NCBI GenBank assembly: GCA_052031355.1
Contig: JBPEXR010000383.1
Coordinates: 1-25,298, forward strand
From: Paracoccaceae bacterium
GTDB taxonomy: Bacteria; Pseudomonadota; Alphaproteobacteria; Rhodobacterales; Rhodobacteraceae
Direction: 5' to 3'
Length of the DNA: 25,298 nt
In this document: positions 21,956-25,298 of the stretch, piece by piece
How positions within the stretch are numbered: the stretch's first letter is position 1
How the letters are laid out: each line of letters starts with the position of its first letter
Notes under the pieces: model-generated
What the model was told of the DNA's origin: nothing
Seen by the model: the letters and a program-made list of their open reading frames with translations, nothing else
Databases searched by the model: none
Translations under genes and position numbers: made by a program

Positions 21956-23805
21956 TAGTACATGCTCTCGATCAGCGCCGCGTGGCGCTGGTTCACGAAG
22001 TTCCGCTTCAGCTTCATCGTCGGCGTTAGCTCCTCGTCCTCGGCGGTCAGCAGCATGTCGATCAGGCGGAAATCCTTGATCTGCTCGACCTGTGCGAACT
22101 CGCGGTTCACTTCCGCCACCACGCTGCCGATCAGCTGCACCACCTCGGGCGCGCGGGTCAGCGAGGCAAAGTCCGAGAAGGGCACCTGCCTCGATTGCGC
22201 GAATTGCTCGACGTTCTCCTGGTCGATCATGATCAGGCAGGTCAGGTACTTGCGCCGGTCGCCGATCACCACGGCGTCGGAGATGTAGGGGCTGAACTTC
22301 AGGCGGCTCTCGATCTCGGCGGGGGTGATGTTCTTGCCCCCCGCGGTGATGATGATGTCCTTGAGGCGACCGGTGATCGTCAGCCGGCCGTTGTTGTCGA
22401 TGCGACCGACATCGCCGGTGCGCAGCCAGCCGTCCTCGGTCATCGTCTCGGCGGTCTTGTCGGGGCGGCCCCAGTAGCCGCCGAAGACGGCGGGGCCGCG
22501 CACCTGCACCTCGTCCCCCTCCCCGAGGCGCACCTCGAGGCCCGGCAGCGGCGGGCCGACGGTGCCGATGTGGTTGTCCTCGGCCGGGTTGACGGAGATG
22601 ACGCCGGCGGTCTCCGTCATGCCGTAGCCTTCGCAAAGGCGCACGCCCAGCGCGGCGTACCAGCGCAGAAGCTCTGGCGCGACGGGGGCCGCGCCCGAGG
22701 TGCAGCGCCGCGCACGGGCCAGGCCCAGCATGCGGCGGATGTTGCGCAGCACCAGCCAGTCGGCCAGCGCGTGGCGCAGCCGCAACCCGGCCCCGGGGGT
22801 GCGCCCGGCCTCCTGAACCTCGGCCATGGCGTGGCCCTGCCGGAAGGCCCAGTCGAACATGCGCCCGCCCAGCCAACCGGCCTCCGAGCGCAGGATCATC
22901 ACCCGGCTCATGACCTTCTCCCAGATCCGCGGCACGCCGGAGAAGGAATGCGGGCTGACCTCGCGCAGGTTGTCGAAGACCGTCTCGGGGCTTTCGGCGA
23001 AGTTCACCGTGCAGCCGGTGAAGATGGCGCTTTCGACGGAGACGAGGCGCTCCAGCACATGGCAGAGCGGCAGGAAGCACAGGAACTCGTCCCCCTCCCG
23101 GAAGTCGAGCACCTCGTTCCCGGCCTCCAGCTGGTACATCATGTTGCGGTGGGTGATGATCGCGCCCTTGGGCGGGCCGGTGGTGCCGGAGGTGTAGATC
23201 AGCATCCGCGGATCGCCCGGCTGCACCTCCCGCAGCGCCGCCTCGAAGGCCTCGGGGCGGGCTTTCTCCTCGGCCTCGCCGAGCTGCAGAAGCTCGTCCA
23301 GGAACATCACCTTGTCGTGGGAGAAATCGGCCAGCCCGTCTCGGTCGAAGACGATGACCTTCTCGACCTCCGGCAGCTGGTCCTCCACCTCCAGGTACTT
23401 GTCGAGCTGCTCGTCGTTCTCGACGAAGAGGAACCGCGCGCCGCTGTCCTGCATCAGGTAGGCCAGCTGGCCGGCGCTGTCGGTGGTGTAGACGCCCGAG
23501 GGGATGCCGCCGATGGCCGCGATGCCCAGGTCGCAATAGAGCCATTCGCGCCGGTCTTCGGAGAGGATCTGCACCGGCTCGCCGCGCCGATGGCCCAGCG
23601 CCCGCAGGGCCAGGCCGATGCGCCGCGCGCCGGCGTAGTAATCGGCCCAGGAATAGCTTTGCCAGATGCCCAGCTTCTTCTCGCGGTGCGCCGTGGCCGC
23701 GCCCAGCTCGGCACAGCGCTTGGCCCAGAGCGCGACGATGGTCTCGCATCCCTCGATCACCACCGGGGCCTGCGCCTCCGGCATCGCCTGCGCGGTCACC
23801 GCCAT
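21955..23805 (-). CDS. Long-chain-fatty-acid--CoA ligase (AMP-dependent synthetase, FadD/ACSL-like)
   Basis: YTSGTTGPPKG, FLPLCHVLER, GYGMTE, GWLRTGDVG, RLKDIIITAGGKNITP. Start probably ATG 23805 (MAVTAQ), overlapping the upstream stop by 10 nt. Confidence 0.9.
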   Translation of the reverse strand: MAVTAQAMPEAQAPVVIEGCETIVALWAKRCAELGAATAHREKKLGIWQSYSWADYYAGARRIGLALRALGHRRGEPVQILSEDRREWLYCDLGIAAIGGIPSGVYTTDSAGQLAYLMQDSGARFLFVENDEQLDKYLEVEDQLPEVEKVIVFDRDGLADFSHDKVMFLDELLQLGEAEEKARPEAFEAALREVQPGDPRMLIYTSGTTGPPKGAIITHRNMMYQLEAGNEVLDFREGDEFLCFLPLCHVLERLVSVESAIFTGCTVNFAESPETVFDNLREVSPHSFSGVPRIWEKVMSRVMILRSEAGWLGGRMFDWAFRQGHAMAEVQEAGRTPGAGLRLRHALADWLVLRNIRRMLGLARARRCTSGAAPVAPELLRWYAALGVRLCEGYGMTETAGVISVNPAEDNHIGTVGPPLPGLEVRLGEGDEVQVRGPAVFGGYWGRPDKTAETMTEDGWLRTGDVGRIDNNGRLTITGRLKDIIITAGGKNITPAEIESRLKFSPYISDAVVIGDRRKYLTCLIMIDQENVEQFAQSRQVPFSDFASLTRAPEVVQLIGSVVAEVNREFAQVEQIKDFRLIDMLLTAEDEELTPTMKLKRNFVNQRHAALIESMY

Positions 23806-24566
23806 GTCTTGCGCCTCTTCCAACGTTTCTGGCCGCGCTGTGTCTCGCCGGTGCGGCCGAGGTAGAACTCCTGGATATCCTCGGAGGCTTTCAGCATCTC
23901 CGCGGCGCCGGCCATGACGATGCGCCCCATCTCCAGCACATAGCCCTTGTGCGCGGTCTCCAGCGCGACATGGGCGTTCTGCTCGACCAGCAGCATGGTC
24001 ACCTTCTGCTCGGCGTTGAGGCGCGAGATGATGCCGAAGATCTCCTGCGTCAGCAGCGGCGACAGGCCCAGGCTCGGCTCGTCCAGCAGCATCAGGCGCG
24101 GGCGCGCCATCAGCCCGCGACCGATCGCCAGCATCTGCTGCTGCCCGCCCGACAGCGTGCCCGCCGGCTGGCGGGCGCGGGCCTTGAGGTCGGGGAAATA
24201 GCCGAAGACCATCTCCATGTCCTGCGCCTGTTCGGCGCTGCGGCTGCCGCGGGCATAGGCGCCCATCTTCAGGTTCTCGGCGACCGACAGGTACGGGAAG
24301 ACCTCGCGCCCTTCGGGCACCAGCACCAGCCCGCGGCGCACCAGGCGGTCGGGCTCCACCCGGTCGATGCGCCCCCCGTCGAAGGTGATCTGGCCCTTCT
24401 CGGGGTCCATCAGCCCGGCGACCGTCTTCATCAGCGTGGTCTTGCCGGCACCGTTGGCGCCCAGGATGGTGACGATCTCGCCCTCCTCGACGTCGATGGA
24501 GACGCCGCGCAGCGCCATGATGGCGCCGTAGAACGTCTCGACGTTGCGGACTTCCAGCACGCTCAT
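23796..24566 (-). CDS. LivF-type ABC transporter ATP-binding protein
   Basis: GANGAGKT, LVPEGREVF, LSGGQQQML, LLDEPSLGL, LVEQN. Confidence 0.92.
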   Translation of the reverse strand: MSVLEVRNVETFYGAIMALRGVSIDVEEGEIVTILGANGAGKTTLMKTVAGLMDPEKGQITFDGGRIDRVEPDRLVRRGLVLVPEGREVFPYLSVAENLKMGAYARGSRSAEQAQDMEMVFGYFPDLKARARQPAGTLSGGQQQMLAIGRGLMARPRLMLLDEPSLGLSPLLTQEIFGIISRLNAEQKVTMLLVEQNAHVALETAHKGYVLEMGRIVMAGAAEMLKASEDIQEFYLGRTGETQRGQKRWKRRKTWR

Positions 24567-25298
24567 GCGGCCACCTGCGTGCCCAGGTAGGCGGCCTGCA
24601 CGTCCGGGTCGGCCTGCACCTCGGCCGGGGTGCCCTGTGCCAGCATGCGCCCGTTGGCCACCGCCAGAACCCGGTCGGAGACCTGGCTGACCAGGCTCAT
24701 GTCATGTTCGACCATCAGCACCGTCAGCCCCATGTCGCGGCGCATGTCCTCGATCCAGAAGGCGACGTCGCGGCTTTCCTCGACCGACAGGCCCGAGGCC
24801 GGCTCGTCCAGCAGGATCAGGCGCGGCCCCATGGCCAGCGCGCGGCCGATCTCGACGACCTTGCGCACGCCGTAGGGCAGCCCGGCGATCAGCTTCTCGC
24901 GGTAGGCTTCCAGCTCCAGGAACTCGATCACCTCCTCGACGCGGCGGCGGTGCGCGCGCTCCTCGGCGCGGACCTTGGGCAGGAAGAGCATGTCCTGGAT
25001 GAAGTTGGTCCGCCGGTGCACGTGCCGCCCCATCAGCAGGTTCGACAGCACCGTGGAATGGTCGAACAGCTCGATGTTCTGGAAAGTGCGCGCGATGCCC
25101 AGGGGGCCGATCTCATGCGCGGCGAGCTTGGTGATGTCCTGCCCGTCGAAGCGGATCATCCCCGCTGTCGGCGTGTAAAGGCGCGAGATCAGGTTGAAGA
25201 TCGTGGACTTGCCCGCCCCGTTCGGCCCGATGATGGAGAAGACCTCCCCCTCCTCGACCTCGAAGCTGACGCCGTCCACGGCCTTCACGCCGCCGAAG
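24563..25298 (-). CDS. LivG-type ABC transporter ATP-binding protein (5'-truncated by window edge)
   Basis: ..[63 protein letters not shown]. The frame is open to the window end. Confidence 0.9.
   Translation of the reverse strand, partial: FGGVKAVDGVSFEVEEGEVFSIIGPNGAGKSTIFNLISRLYTPTAGMIRFDGQDITKLAAHEIGPLGIARTFQNIELFDHSTVLSNLLMGRHVHRRTNFIQDMLFLPKVRAEERAHRRRVEEVIEFLELEAYREKLIAGLPYGVRKVVEIGRALAMGPRLILLDEPASGLSVEESRDVAFWIEDMRRDMGLTVLMVEHDMSLVSQVSDRVLAVANGRMLAQGTPAEVQADPDVQAAYLGTQVAA

Noticed and set aside
21125-23749. 874-aa same-strand alternate-frame ORF over the ligase and SBP genes
   Set aside because: Arg/Gly/Ala/Pro-rich low-information translation caused by GC-biased codon usage; no domain features.

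Overview
High-GC alphaproteobacterial (Rhodobacteraceae/Roseobacter-like) catabolic region with three modules. No RNA genes, mobile elements or CRISPR were seen. (1) A sulfoquinovose monooxygenase (sulfo-SMO) cluster at 1005-8563: GntR/UTRA regulator (smoD), Gfo/Idh/MocA-fold probable NAD+-dependent sulfoquinovosidase (SqgA/GH188-like), LLM monooxygenase smoC, aldo-keto reductase smoB, flavin reductase smoA and a TRAP transporter in Q-M-P order. An ABM-fold gene and a hemerythrin-domain gene follow sqgA. (2) A complete glycerol locus glpR / glpD-glpSTPQUV-glpK at 10422-20634. (3) A Liv-type ABC importer with an embedded long-chain acyl-CoA ligase at 20704 to the window edge. These modules match the three hydrolysis products of the sulfolipid SQDG (sulfoquinovose, glycerol, fatty acids), suggesting a whole-sulfolipid catabolic island (inference). 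Between modules 1 and 2 lies a head-to-head pair: a secreted Sel1-repeat protein and a diheme bCcP/MauG-superfamily enzyme with non-canonical residues (inter-heme Trp->His; heme-2 distal Met/Tyr->His). Family assignments come from motif recognition and recall, not database searches.
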